A stretch of 61,624 nucleotides of DNA, filler included, from Fonticula-like sp. SCN 57-25 (GCA_001724245.1; 9 parts of 9 records of this genome joined end to end with filler, not necessarily neighbours in it), one strand, 5' to 3'; counted from the whole stretch's first letter, positions 1 to 12,908 are shown. The notes: generated from the letters alone by a model not told the origin. Numbers and translations are program-made.

Positions 1-405
1 TAAGTGTGCCCGGCACAACGGGCGTCTGCTTGCCGACCATTGTCGTGCGCGGGCGTAGATGTTCCTGTGCTGTTGCAGTGCCAAGCACGCGCTGACGCAC
101 GGTGCAAACTGCAAACTACCACTGATCGACATTCCATTCAGATTCCATTCATTGAATGCATTGATATTCCAAAATGGATACAGTTGTATCATACCATTGT
201 ATAGACATATAGTGTGGATACCTGGTAGTCGTATAGAATTGTAAAGGCCATAATAAACATGCAAACACGAGGCTCGTTATGACAAAATAATAAAAAAATA
301 ATGCAATGGCGAGAACAAGCGCCTACTGACAGCGGCTCGTTTGAGGCGAGAATAACGCGCGCCAAAGTACACCCTCTGATTTTCTACGAGCTCCCGCAAA
401 AAATG

Positions 406-1618
406 TTATTCCGATTTAGTGTCGCCTTGGGCGTCCTCGACGGGCAGCGTCGGGAGCGTCTCGACGGGCATCGTCGGCAACGTTTCGACGGGACGGTTGG
501 AGGCGGGGAGAAGCGCGATAGTAACAGCGAGGTATGCCTCAAGGTCGGGTTTCATGGGGACATCGCAATATACACAAAGTTGATCTATCCCAGTATGAGC
601 TTCGCGCACGACGGCATTCATTTGGACGCACAGGTGCAACCGGCATACACGCCAACGGACGATGGGTACACATCCAGCGGAAATTTGAAATCGAGGTCGC
701 CCTCAAACACGCCGCCGTTTCCCTTCACCTTATGTGGGTACTTGAACAAGCATACGTCCGCCGTTTCCTTTGTCGATTCTTGCTCTGCTTGCCCAGACAC
801 AACGCGCACGAGCCTCGCCTTGATGGATCTCACATTCCGTCCAGACTGGTTGTTGACGCGGACGTGTATCTTTATGGCTTCACCTGGCACAAACACCTTA
901 AAACAGTGTGAGTATCCTCCAGTCACAATGGCGCACGTGCGTACGTCCTTGTCGAGGTCGACGGACATTTGCAGCTCGCCACCCGAGAAGCTCATGCTGA
1001 ACGTCTTCTTCACGTCCACGTGAACGGGGACAGCGCTGCGCGTGACGCGCTCGCCGACTACTAGCTCATGCGTCTTTGCGAGTGCCATATCAGTCGTGTC
1101 AAAGTACGCCGACGCCTGGTACACAATTTTGGTAACCCGGGTACCGAAAACAGAGTGCAGCACGCTAGGGAGACTGAGGGCATCATTTAGATAATGCAAA
1201 GAATGGGACCAACGGAAATAACGCACACCGAAGGCAACTGATACTGAAAGTTGGCCGCAAACTGGCCCGGGGCCATCACGCCGTTTGGCGCTTGGCAAAG
1301 GGTGAACTTTTCGTCAAAGATCGTGCGCTCAGAATTAAACGTCCTTGTATTATGTACTGTGCTTTCGCCAGTTCTTCTGCTGCGGTGGATCCTGACGCGC
1401 TCATATCCCTCCCACCTGATGTTGAGACCGCTCGCGTTCATGGGCTGCTCGAGGGAAACGTCTACGAGCAAGTTTGCGAATTAGTTCGCACAAATCCCAT
1501 CGCGGCGCTATATTGACGAACCAACGCGCCCGGTGATCATCTCGCCGGCAATATAGTACGCCTTGTCGAATTCCATGTTTATGACGCCCAGCACGGCAGG
1601 CGTTTCCATGTCCGCCAT
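406..1618 (-). CDS. Arrestin-domain protein, paralog A (multi-exon)
   Basis: Exons give FDKAYYIAGEMITGRV, LNIRWEGYERV, PGQFAANFQYQLP, VFVPGEAIKIHVRVNNQSGRNVRSIK, matching Arrestin_N/C patterns. Short GT..CTAA..AG introns. ATG 1618, stop 406. Confidence 0.8.
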
Positions 1619-1678
1619 TGTCGTATGCGAGCCTGCGAGGCTGCAAAGTCGCTGTTAGCGCAGCTAAAGTGGTGGGTG

Positions 1679-1760
1679 CCCGATCTGACTTGACTTGCCT
1701 AATTTGGCCACCATCCACCAATCACCGTTTAGCACAATCCCATGCGATTTTACCTGTGAT
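1679..1760 (-). promoter_or_regulatory. Conserved upstream blocks shared by arrestin paralogs A and B
   Basis: CCCGATCTGACTT (1679-1691, 3405-3417) and CATGCGATTTTACCTGTGAT (1741-1760, 3473-3492) are identical upstream of both genes while flanks diverge. Confidence 0.55.
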
Positions 1761-2140
1761 TGTATGATGTGAATGAGCACAGCGCCATACAGTGGGCGCA
1801 CACGCGCTTCTTAAAATAGTCTGAACAATTGTTTCTTTGCGATCTTTTTTGTTGTTTACAGGGGCTTAGGGTTGTTCAAACAGCTACTACACTTTTTATT
1901 GCTCGCTTTCGCCCGCCCCTTTCTTTCACATCCTCCTTCGTTACAGAGACACGCAAAGCGCAGTGTATAGGTATGATAATAATCATATTGAAGGGTAGTT
2001 ATACTGTACAGAAATAAAAGGGAGCGCAAGCTGAGAACACAATTAAGTAACAGCGGCAGCAAAGGGGTGGCTGGTTTGAGGCGAGAATTCAACGCGCGCC
2101 AAATAGCCGTCTTTACAAAATCGTATTGAGAGCCCGCATA

Positions 2141-3313
2141 TTATTCTGCCTTGGTGTCGCCTTGGGAGGTCTGGATGGTCGGTGGCTCGATTGATTGCGC
2201 CTCAATGGGACGGTTGACGGCGGGGAGAAGCACAATCGCAACAACGGGAAAGGCCTGAAGGTCAAACGCCATTGGAACATCGCACTCAACAAGAAGGTGG
2301 TCTATGTCAGAATTAGTGTCGTGTTTGTGCGGCCAACATTGGTCGCACAGCCACAGCCCACGTGCGCGCCGCCAGACGACGGGTATAAATCCAGCGGGAA
2401 TGTGAAATCGAGGTCGCCTTCGAACACGCCGCCCCTTCCCTTGACCTTGAACGGGTACCTGTACATCATGATCGTGGTCATATTCTGTGATGGAATCCCC
2501 TCTGCGTTTAACGTTACGATGCGCACAAGCTTCGCCTTGAGCGACCTCACAGTCTTGCCCGACTGGTTGTTCACGCGGACGCGAATCTTTGTGGCTTCGC
2601 CCGGCACAAAGACCTGAAAAGCGTGTGAGTATAAAGCCAAGCAGCATACTCGCGTACGTCCTTCTCGAGGTCCATGGACATTTGCAGCTCGCCGCGCGAG
2701 AAGCTTATGCTGAACGTCTTTTTCACGTCCACGTGAATGGGAAGGGCATTGCGCGTAACGTACTCGCCGACCACCAGCTGATGCGTCTTTGCTAGATTCA
2801 TACCGGGCATGTCAAAGTACGCCGTCGCTTGGTACACTCTAGCAGCTTCCCCGCCCTGATACCAGACGTACAATACGCTAGGAAGGCTAACATGATCGTT
2901 CAGAAAATACGAGTGAAACTGAAATGACGCACTTAGGAGGCAACTGATACTGAAAGTTGACAGAAAATTGGCCTGGAGCCATCACGCCATTCGGGGCTTG
3001 ATAGAGGACAAACGTATGGTCGAAGAACGAGCGTCCAGAAGAATATCTCCTGTGTGTTGTGTGGTTGCCAGATCTGTGGGTGCGGCGCACGACAGCGCTC
3101 TCATATCCCTGCCACCTAATGATGAGGCCCCTTGCGTTCAAGGGCTGATCGAGCGAAACGTCTAAGAGCAAGGTCGCTTAGTCCTGAAACCCAGCGTCGC
3201 GGCGGCATCTACGAACCGACGCGCCCGGTGACCATCTCGCCAGAGATATAGTACGGCTTGTCAAAGACTACATTTAGGGCACCCATCACAGCTGGCTTTT
3301 GCAAGACGGCCAT
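2141..3313 (-). CDS. Arrestin-domain protein, paralog B (multi-exon)
   Basis: Collinear with paralog A (FDKPYYISGEMVTGRV, PGQFSVNFQYQLP, VPGEATKIRVRVNNQSGK) with equivalent intron positions. Confidence 0.8.
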
Positions 3314-3831
3314 TGTCTCACACAAAGTGTTGCTGCAACGTCGCAGTGCAGCAGCAGTGGATCGCAAACAGCAAGGTGGGCGGCGGCCTGGCAGGTGGGC
3401 GATACCCGATCTGACTTTGCCAGTTTCCTCTATTTGGTTTCCATCGTCCAATCCCTGTGTTCGGCAAAGTCACATGCGATTTTACCTGTGATACAAGGTT
3501 GCGTACGATCGTACACGATCGTCCGTGTCACTTTATTTATCCACACTTTAGCAGGCCGGCGGCCGCTGGCCCGCTGCGGGGCCGCCGGGGCGAGCTGCCA
3601 CAGATAACGCGGCGTGGTGTCGTCAGTTGCCGAGCGGCGCACGAGCTCAGTGCAGGTGTTGATATTGAAGGCCATATGAGAACGAAAGCGAGCACAAATT
3701 GACAAATTGATGCAATGGACAAAAAGAAGAGAGATGCACAAAGGTAGCGGGCGGCAAGAGGCTTAGAGGCGAGAGGAACGTTCGCGCGTCAACGCCATTT
3801 TTAAATCCCCTGCAGGCATAACACGGTGCTA

Positions 3832-5050
3832 TTACGCCTTGGTGTCGATTTGGGGGATAGCGAATGCCGGCGCAGGCTGGGTCTCGTTGAGTCGGTTGAC
3901 CGCGGGGAGAAGCACAAGTGTAACAATAGGGAGTGCCTGAAGGTCGGGTGCCATGGGGACATCGCATTCGACGCAAAGTTTGTCTATTTTGGTATTAGCA
4001 CCGAGCAAGGGTGGCAAGCACAGTCGCACAGGTGCAGGTGCTATACTGGCCGGCGGACGACGGGTACACATTCAGCGGAATTTTGTATTCGAGGTCGCCC
4101 TCAAACACGCCGCCGTTTCCCTCCACCTTGTGTGGGTATCTGACCATATCGGTCCGCACAAAAAACGGCACAGAAAAGGCACTTCCAAGATGGGAAATAG
4201 CGAGCACAAGCCTCACCTTGATGGATCTCACATTCCTTGCAGACTGGTTGACGACGCGGACGTGTAGTTTTGCGGTTTCTCCCAGCACAAATACCTGCAA
4301 AACAGTGTAAGCTGTCGATAGCAAGGAGAAGATATAGTTTTGAAATTGTGCAGTGTCAAGTCGCCATGGTAACATTACGTACATCCTTGTCGATGTCGAC
4401 GGACATTTGAAGCTCGCCCTTGGAAAAGCTCAGAGCAAAGGTCTTTTTCTCCTCGACGTGTTGGGGAACAGCATTGCGCGTAACGCGGTCGCCGATCACC
4501 AGCCGATGTCCCAACATGAGGTCCTTATTGGGCATGTCAAGGTACGCCGTCACGAGGTAATCAAAGCTGGAATGATAACTAGCGAGAGTCCAGTGGAATG
4601 AGCTAGGGAGGCTGACGGTGTACGGGTATTAATAAAAACACGTTAAAAAGGCAAACAGGAATGACGCACGTTAGAGGCAACTGATACTGAAAACTGAACG
4701 AATACTTGCCTGCGGCCATCTTGCCATCTGGGGCTGCATAGAGATGGGCGTCCGAATCAAAGATCATGCGCGTGGGATGCGTCATCATGCTCGCTTGGGC
4801 GTTAGGAATCTCAGGATACATCCTAACGGGGTATTTGGCGCGCTCAACTCCTTCCCACTTGATGTTGACGCCCTTTGCGTTCACGGGTTGATCGAGGGAA
4901 ACGTCTGGGAACGGGAGCGCATCGTTAGTGCTGCAAACCACGTCGTCGCGACATCCACGAACCGAGGTGCCCGCTGACCATCTCGCCGGCGATGTAGTAC
5001 GGCTTGTCGAACCTCATGCTCATAGCGCCCGGCACAGCGGCCTTTTGCAC
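3832..5050 (-). CDS. Arrestin-domain protein, paralog C (5' end cut by contig end)
   Basis: FDKPYYIAGEMVSGHL, AGKYSFSFQYQLP, VLGETAKLHVRVVNQSARNVRSIK. Same exon layout as A and B. Confidence 0.78.
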
Positions 5051-5150
5051 NNNNNNNNNNNNNNNNNNNNNNNNNNNNNNNNNNNNNNNNNNNNTTAATT
5101 AATTAANNNNNNNNNNNNNNNNNNNNNNNNNNNNNNNNNNNNNNNNNNNN
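5051..5150. other. Artificial contig linker (first of eight)
   Basis: 100-nt N run with central TTAATTAATTAA. Also at 14800-14899, 20130-20229, 25318-25417, 34642-34741, 41798-41897, 47234-47333, 53938-54037. Confidence 0.98.
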
Positions 5151-5352
5151 ATGATGAAGAGCAACCTGACAACATTCGTACAAGTACAGTTGCCCCAAAC
5201 CACAGTACTCTGTGCACTCTTCCCTCAACATGACACAGTGCAAGTGCAAAGATTACCAAACAGGATGCGATGCAACAAGCACTATAAGGTGTAATTCCCC
5301 TCTTCTAGTTAGTGAGTTCCTCCCATGTTCCCTCCCTCACGCATGTGTTTTA

Positions 5353-7617
5353 TTATTGCTTTGTAACAGTAGCATTTGAAGTATCTGTAACTGGAAGTGC
5401 TGATCTATTTGCTAGCAGCCCCTGTACCATTACCCTTTGATGGTTATCAATAAATTGCTTGAAGCGTAGTAGCAAGTTATGCTTGTCATCGTTGTCGCTT
5501 CGCAAAATTGCAAACTCGAGTGCAAAAAGATTCGCAAGACGCCTGCTGGGAATACTCACCTTGCGCTCCAACATGGTCTCCAATAATGTCAACGCAAGAT
5601 GGTACTGTTTCTCGTGAATATGTGCGTTAAGCATTGTCAAATAGGAATAGACACTCGGTTGCGATAGTTGCTCAAAAAACTGTTTTGCAGTATCATACTG
5701 TTGTTGCTTCACATAGGCACGAAGTATGTTCTGATTGCTGTACTTTGAGGGTATCACTTGCAGTTGCTGCATCTTGACAAACCAGTCATCCACTTCCTCC
5801 CAACAAGAATTATCCACAAGTTCGTTAATGTAAAAATCAATAGAACTCTGCAACTCTGGAGCACTACTTTTCATGTGGATCAAATGTTCCAGTAGAGCAC
5901 TTGCGATTCCATATTCACGCAACTGGGTGTATACTTGCACCATTTCGCGAACTACAGATTCATCATTCTGTATTCGCTCATCTGTAGCCTCAAACAGTTC
6001 CCTGGCAGTAACATATTCCTTGAGTTCGTTGAGCGCTTTCAAGATTGCACTGTAAAATGATGGATCAACCATGTCCAGTGAGGTAGCCTGAGAAAAGCAT
6101 GCGAGCACACCGTTCCAGTCTTTTTTAGCGATGCAAAGTTGCATTGTAAGAGTGAATGTGGAGAGAGTGTGACCTGTGTGTACTATTAGATCGAGAAGCA
6201 TGGTGCTTGCGCTGGAAATGGCATCAGCTGTAATGCATGCGTGAACAGCTGGAATAATTAGCGTCTCAATGGAAGTTGTGCTATCTTTCTTCTCCAAAAC
6301 CAATTGATGCACAAATTGGCTCAATTCTTGCCATTTATGCTGCTGTATAAAATTCTTCACTCTCAGTTCAACTGATACTTGTTTTCGTTGCTGTTGTTTA
6401 TCCTTGGGGTGTTGCACCAATGCACCTGAAAAGTATTTGGACTCCAATTGCACGATGAAATCTCCAATTGTTGCAGGGTCACTTTGCTCTGATTGAAATA
6501 ATTCTCGCACACAAGCTAACACACGTGGGTCTTCTGAACCCAACTTACATATACGTTCCAGCAGAGCAAGAGTTTTAGTAGTCAATCCAGAACCATCATT
6601 TCTATTACTTATATCTTTTCCATCACTTCTAACAGATTTACCATCACTTTTAACAGATTTACCACTTGAACCAGTGACAGTACCAGTTTCACTACTACCA
6701 GTGGTTTGCAGTAAATATGATCTCACACTCTTTGCAACACTAGGCTTGCGTAACAAGAGTGCACTCACAAAGACAATCAATAATTGCCTCCACGAGAAGG
6801 TTGCCTGAGCAGCAAGTCTTCCCTTTGCATGCATTAGTGCCATTGAGTTCTTCCCCTGAGTTCCAGTGACAGTACCAGCTGCTTTGGTGCCAGTTCTGGT
6901 ACCAGTTACTCTGGTACCAGTAGCATTAGTAAGTGCACCAATACCACCAGTACTCTGCAATTTCCATGCCTGAGCATCCTTGAATAACTTGAGAATAATC
7001 GCAAACTCCATAACCGGCGCGAACGCCTCAATAACCGCACCAAAATCAATTACTGTTAAGAAACTTCGCTTATTTTTGAGTTGCGCAAGGAGAGCCGCGG
7101 ATCGCTCTGGCATGCGCGCCTGGGCGTTCAAATGCAAAAGCGCATGGAGCAGCGTGGCAGTGACGCGACGCGCATCGAGCACCTCGAGACAGGAGAGCAC
7201 CGTGTTCGCCGGTTCGACCATCTTGCGTTCGATTAGCTGCGCGAGGAGATCGCGCACGCGAAGCGCACCGACGCCCTCCCCCTTCAGCAGCTGCGGATGC
7301 ACGGACGCTAGCAGCTCGTACGCTTCGGTGCTCTGGCCAGCGGAGAGCAACTCGGCGAGACGGCGATCCATTTCGCTCTCAGGCAGGGGTTCACTGGTGC
7401 TGTAATGTTGGCGTTGCTGGTGGTGCAGATGGGAATGTTTACCGAAGTGATGGTGGTGCTGACAATGGTAGTTACTGCTGATGTTGGGGAAATGACTGAG
7501 TGTGTTGCATTGGTGCTGGTGCTGATTATTAGCGTGTACTGTGGTTGCTAGTTGTTTGCGTTTGCACCACGGGGAGCAGATTGCGTTCACCCCCCAGCGT
7601 CTGAAAATGGCGCTCAT
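5353..7617 (-). CDS. Pentatricopeptide-repeat-like protein, possibly mitochondrial
   Basis: Long ORF, first ATG 7617. PPR-like helical repeats (PSVYSYLTMLNAHIHEKQYHLALTLLETMLERKV; IDFGAVIEAFA). Basic N-terminus. Confidence 0.65.
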   Translation of the reverse strand: MSAIFRRWGVNAICSPWCKRKQLATTVHANNQHQHQCNTLSHFPNISSNYHCQHHHHFGKHSHLHHQQRQHYSTSEPLPESEMDRRLAELLSAGQSTEAYELLASVHPQLLKGEGVGALRVRDLLAQLIERKMVEPANTVLSCLEVLDARRVTATLLHALLHLNAQARMPERSAALLAQLKNKRSFLTVIDFGAVIEAFAPVMEFAIILKLFKDAQAWKLQSTGGIGALTNATGTRVTGTRTGTKAAGTVTGTQGKNSMALMHAKGRLAAQATFSWRQLLIVFVSALLLRKPSVAKSVRSYLLQTTGSSETGTVTGSSGKSVKSDGKSVRSDGKDISNRNDGSGLTTKTLALLERICKLGSEDPRVLACVRELFQSEQSDPATIGDFIVQLESKYFSGALVQHPKDKQQQRKQVSVELRVKNFIQQHKWQELSQFVHQLVLEKKDSTTSIETLIIPAVHACITADAISSASTMLLDLIVHTGHTLSTFTLTMQLCIAKKDWNGVLACFSQATSLDMVDPSFYSAILKALNELKEYVTARELFEATDERIQNDESVVREMVQVYTQLREYGIASALLEHLIHMKSSAPELQSSIDFYINELVDNSCWEEVDDWFVKMQQLQVIPSKYSNQNILRAYVKQQQYDTAKQFFEQLSQPSVYSYLTMLNAHIHEKQYHLALTLLETMLERKVSIPSRRLANLFALEFAILRSDNDDKHNLLLRFKQFIDNHQRVMVQGLLANRSALPVTDTSNATVTKQ

Positions 7618-7891
7618 TCCTTTTGTCAACCATGGAGTTATGCGTGGTACTTTTTTTTTCACATCCTGCTATCAATTGGTATTCTCAGTGTATGGAACCA
7701 CTACAAATTAACCTTCAAGCACCTTCACTCACAGACCAAAAATGATGTCAACTGTCCACGTAACAAGCGTGATATTTCCATCTCCTCTTGAAGTTGCTAA
7801 TAGGCACTCTGAGATTCTGGTTTCAGTATGATTCTAACATTCCAAGAAACAGGTTCTGAGTCAAAAATATTGACATTTATTTTCGCTCAAT

Positions 7892-9923
7892 ATGACGAGA
7901 TTGGTCCGCACTCGGTTGTCCGCAAACAAGAGTTGTGGAACTGGATTCTCTTTCGACAATTGCATGCGCCGAAACCATCAGTACCAAACAGCTAATGGTC
8001 AGAATCCCCCGGTCATTCCCAATAAACCACAGACCAAATTGTGCGAGAATGACTGCACAAGTGCAGCAACTCTTCGATGCACCACTTGCAGTGCAAATCT
8101 GTGCAACAGTTGCTTCGATGAGACCCACAAGACTAGCTTTCTGAAGCGACATGTCACTCAAGTGCTCGTCCAACATAGCTCGCAACTTGCAAGTCAAGCA
8201 GCATCTCTTGCAAACATGATGGTGTCCAGTAATCAGTCCAAGGACTCGTGTCCCAAGCACCCAAACCAACAACTCAACTTGTATTGCAGCACATGCGATC
8301 TACCATTATGTACAAAGTGCCAAACACACACCAATGAACATGCTTGCCATGTGATTAGCTCCATTGAAGAGTACCTGTCTTCACTGGATCAGGAACTGAA
8401 GCAACTGGAGATTCGATGCAGGTCAGTGGCCTCAGATCTGGAAGTTGTGCAAATGTCAGTCAAGAAGGAGATGACAGAAGCACAAAAGGTATACTTTTTT
8501 TTTCTATTGACTTCGATGCATTTTTACCGCATATCAATGCATTTGAACAGTACTTTTCGGAAATTCAAGCAAAAGTGGATAGAGATTTTCAAGAGTTGAC
8601 CAATGCATTGGTTGCAAGGAAGTCGGAGCTCATTGAGCAACTGGTAAAGATGAAAGAGGAGCAACTTGGTTCCTTGGGTAACAGTATGAAAAATATGGAA
8701 CAGACAGTCAAAAGTTTGCAGGGGAATATGATAACAAGCAAACAACCAGCACAGATACAGTCACAGCCCAGAGCTTTTCCAGTGGTCACTGCTATTGCTG
8801 TTCAGAGTTCATCCATTGCCCAAAAGATACAACAGATTTGTGATGTAAAGAAGCGCAAGCAAACTGTTGCGCAATTGTTGGAATCTGGCGCAAAACTTGC
8901 TATCACTGCAAAGCCATTGAAGGGCAGTTTGATCAAGAGCAACTCGTTAATGTGTTTCCCGGGTGCTGTGTATAAATGTGATGTGAAGGATATCGCAAAA
9001 GTAATCAAGATGAGGACATCAATGGAGAAGGGTGTGCTCTCCTACTCGAGCGATCCAACAGTTGCAGGTGATAATGGGACACAGGTCCCACTCTCACCTC
9101 GAAGTTCAACTGCGTTAGCATCTGCAAAAGTGGATACTCGGCTAAAATCTGTAACTTCTTGCATTAACGCCATTCAAATTCTCAAGTCATGTTACTCCTC
9201 ACAAGATGTTCAAAAGAATGCTTCGAACAATTGCGAGGCAGCTGTTGTGCAAGCAATGCAAACACTTGTAGAACCGTTACTCAATACACAGGAACGATTG
9301 GAGGATAGAACCCAGTGTTGCTCAGCAATAGTGTCACTTGGTGGTGTAGATCTCACAGTATTATTGTTGAAGAAGTATATCAACAATCAGCATGTGGCAC
9401 GTGATGCTACGTATATATTAGGTTACTTGGCCAACAACAATCCTTCTGTCTGTGAACAAATGATCAAGATGGATGGAGTGCAACTAGTCATATCCATTAT
9501 GCGCATGTACTCTGGCGATTTTTCAGTTATGCAAGTAAGTTGTTGCTGAGATTGTGTGAATGTTTTTGTTTGCATATTTTAACAAAATAATTGCGTTCAT
9601 TCACATTCAAGGCTTCATTATTGGCATTGGGACATTTTGCACAGTGTAACGCATTAGCTGACAAGATTTTGAGCCTTGATGGCATTGTGCTTGTCATCTT
9701 GTGCTTAAAATCTTTCAGTAAAGATTGCAGAATTTGTAGCGCAGCAAATTTTGCTCTATACATGCTTGCAAAGTCCAGTGAGTCAATCCGTAGTCATATT
9801 GTTTCACTCGGTGGTGGCGAGCAAATCATGGAAACTCTAAAATCTTTCCCCAGTGATGAAAATTTGACAACAATTGCTGTCCTTGCACTAAACAAGATCT
9901 ACAAGAAGAATAAATATTTGTAA
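7892..9923 (+). CDS. Tandem B-box, coiled-coil and armadillo-repeat protein (3+ exons)
   Basis: B-box1 CENDCTSAATLRCTTCSANLCNSCFDETH, B-box2 CPKHPNQQLNLYCSTCDLPLCTKC..H, heptad region, ARM-like repeats (LGGVDLTVLLLK, MDGVQLVISIM, LGGGEQIMETL). Introns ~8489-8550 and ~9534-9611. Start uncertain. Confidence 0.7.
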
Positions 9924-9958
9924 ATTTTGCATGGGTGTGTGTGTGTACAAGCCTTTCA

Positions 9959-12640
9959 TTAATAAGTCCTCTGTTTGGTGAAATATTGGTCGCTCAGACG
10001 ACTCAAATCCAGCTCCTGTTGCTGTTCTCGTTTTCGTTTAAGTAGATTTGGGTTCTCGTGTAATGAAGGAAATGTAGGCATTATCTNNNNNNNNNNNNNN
10101 NNNNNNNNNNNNNNNNNNNNNNNNNNNNNNNNNNNNNNNNNNNNNNNNNNNNNNNNNNNNNNNNNNNNNNTATCTCCTTGGCGTTAGCAACTGGTTGATC
10201 TGAGAACCATGGATGGTTCAATGCTTCACTCACAGAAACGCGTTGGTTCGGGTCTAAGCACAAGAGGCGTTGAAGCAAATCGAAGCCTGTTTCGCTGAGC
10301 AACGGTTCACCTCCCTTTGATGATTGAAACTTTTTGTGTAACTGGCTTTCTCTAACAGACGGGGAAAAAGATGTTATGTTTCAAGAAAACAGTGATTAGA
10401 TGGTACTCACTTTGGTCCTGAAAAGGAAAATTTTTGTACCGCTGGTAGCATTGAAACACCGGGCCAGTTACGCTCTGTTGGAGCTCCCAGTTCTTGAAAT
10501 ATCAGTTGAATCTGCTCAATTTCTGACTCTCCCCTGAACAGTACTTGTTTCGTCAACATTTCAAAAAATATACAGCCAACAGACCACTGTGAAATGGTTA
10601 GATTTGAGAGAATATGCTTTTCTTCCAGCTATTGAGATTGATTCAACATACCATATCAACAGCAGTGGTATACACACGCGTACCTAACAAGAGTTCTGGT
10701 GCTCTGTACCAAAGAGTAACAACAATAGGGGAATAGGGATGCAATGGTTCGCCGTACAATCTGGCCAAACCAAAGTCACAAATCTTTAGGTTTCCCTTAT
10801 TATCATAGAGTAAATTGGAGCTCTTTAAGTCGCGATGAAGAATCCAATTCTCATGCAAATACTTCACACCTTCCAGCAATTGCCGCACGAGACATTTCAC
10901 CTCACTTTGCGTGAAATGCTTCTGCATATGTTCTGACAAATCCTTGAGTGAGTGATCCACATATTCCATCACCATGAAGATTTTGTCCATGTCACTCCCG
11001 ATCACAATTTCATGCACACGCACAATATTCGGATGTGATAGTTGCAACAAGATGTTCATCTCTCTAAGGGCATTGTGTGGGAAGCCCTCGCGAGTGAGCT
11101 CCTTAATGTTTAGCTTTACTCGCTTGAGCGCAACGATCATCCCTGTCTTGATATGTTTGGCCCTTGCAACTACTCCATAACTACCTTGCCCAATTTGGTT
11201 CAAATGTTCATACTCATCCACAGTTGCACAACTTTTAAATGTTGGCTGCAACAAGCCAGACACAAGGGTCTCTATTGGTGTCGAAGGTGTGTTATATAAT
11301 GCCTTGAGGAAGATCTCCTCAGTAACTAGCTGCTGTAGTTGGGGCGATGATGGTGACGATTTTTTAGGCTGCAATAATGACGGAGTAGCTTCGCTTTTCG
11401 CTATTGCATTCTCCTGTAGGTGTCCTTGTTCCAGTGATGAAGTAGCCACAATTTGCACATCAAAATTGTCCAGATACTGTAGAGGGTTGTAATCCAACTG
11501 CTGCTGACTCCACTTATTGTTGTTCCCCTGGTGCTCCAGCACCTCTCCAGTTGGTGCAAATGAGGCACTCTTCCGTGCAAGAACAGATGCAATCTGGATC
11601 ATGTATTGACACTGAGTGATAGCTGAGACCTGCTGCTGCTGCTTATTCTCTTGCTGCAACTTCAAGAATTTGATCATGTCTCGCATCCCCTTTGCCTCAA
11701 AATCAAAGAAACGCGTGAACACGTAGCGAATGCTGCACCATCGTCGCAAATAGAAGGGGACAGTCTTGTTTGCAACGCTGCACTGACGTGGGAACGTTTT
11801 TCCTGCACCAGGAGAGGGTTAGTGAACAAGGAAAGCATCCCGCAGAGGGTTTGTAATAAATGAAGGAATAATTGTGAGAAAGAGGAGCAAACGAGTAATT
11901 GTGAGAAAAGGGAGCAAAAGGATTAGTGTGAGATGAAAGCAAAAGAGGAGTAATTGTGTGAGAAAGAGGATGAGTGTGAGATGGGAGCAAAAGAATAATT
12001 GTGTGAGAAAGAGGAGCAAAAGAATTGCCAGTTGCTCGACATACCGAGCTCCCAATCGCTGCGCGTCAGGAATAGAACGTTTGAAGTAGTGGGCGCCTCA
12101 TCCATTGCTTGCACAAGCCACGCGGTGAGCAAATCTACAGCAGTTGGGAACAGTGGTGCCCTGTCAATTTGTTCTTGGCTGATTCCTAGTGATGGTGGTT
12201 GTGAAATTAGCAGTGATGAAATGTGGATGTTATTGTGATGATAATAGTAATCATTGCAGTAATGGTTGTTGTTGTCGTTATTGCGATGAGATGTAATTGT
12301 TGTTGTTATTGTGATGAGATGTGATTGTTGTTACGCGAAAGATTCTCTCGCACAAACCTGTATCCGTGGTAAAGCCTCTCGGCAGCTTAGGGTTGTACAG
12401 TGGTCGCACGTGCTGGTGAAATTGAGATACCGTTTCCAGATGCGCTTCAACCGCATACGAGAAGCGAGTGAGCACAGCTGCAATCTCCACAATCTCGGTG
12501 ACAAACGACTTGGTGGTCTCTCGCTCCTCAAACGTTGTCTCAAAATCGATGACGCACAGGAATTTGTACTTGTTCATGTTTTTCAGTTGACTTGGATCGA
12601 TAAAATCGCTGGAAGTCCACAGAGCAACCCTGTTGACCAT
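9959..12640 (-). CDS. ERI1-like DEDDh exonuclease domain fused to CDK10/CDK11-like kinase (spliced)
   Basis: Exons 12640-12358, 12185-12045, 11802-10652, 10586-10411, ~10352-9959 splice in frame at GT-AG. N-part [27 protein letters not shown]. Kinase [34 protein letters not shown]-terminal MPTFP. Confidence 0.8.
11863..12022. repeat. Degenerate minisatellite inside intron 2 of the kinase gene
   Basis: Repeated TAATTGTG(TG)AGAAAGAGGAGCAAA-like units. Confidence 0.7.
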
Positions 12641-12908
12641 GATTTTACAGCACTGTCTACACTGTTATATGCCTCTGTTCAATAGTTTATGGATTGTGAT
12701 TTGCACTCGTTGCTGGTAATCTTGCACACCCACTCCTCGTTGCATCAGTTTCATGTTTTGTGTTATGTAATCGATTGCACGTCCTTGTTGTGCAGTATTC
12801 TTATGTCACAATTAACCACCAATGCCTTGTTCCATGCTGCATGGAGCACTTTTGAACTGGAAGCAGCAGCATTCAAGTCAACTCGCTGGTCCAGCTTGAA
12901 GTGCGAGC

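Noticed and set aside
5095-5106. Recurring TTAATTAATTAA as a biological motif
   Set aside because: It is always centred in a 100-nt N run and gives stops in all six frames, so it is a concatenation spacer.
10087-10170. 84-N gap as missing kinase sequence
   Set aside because: TATCT flanks both sides and merging gives AKEIMPTFP in frame, so the gap is probably spurious.
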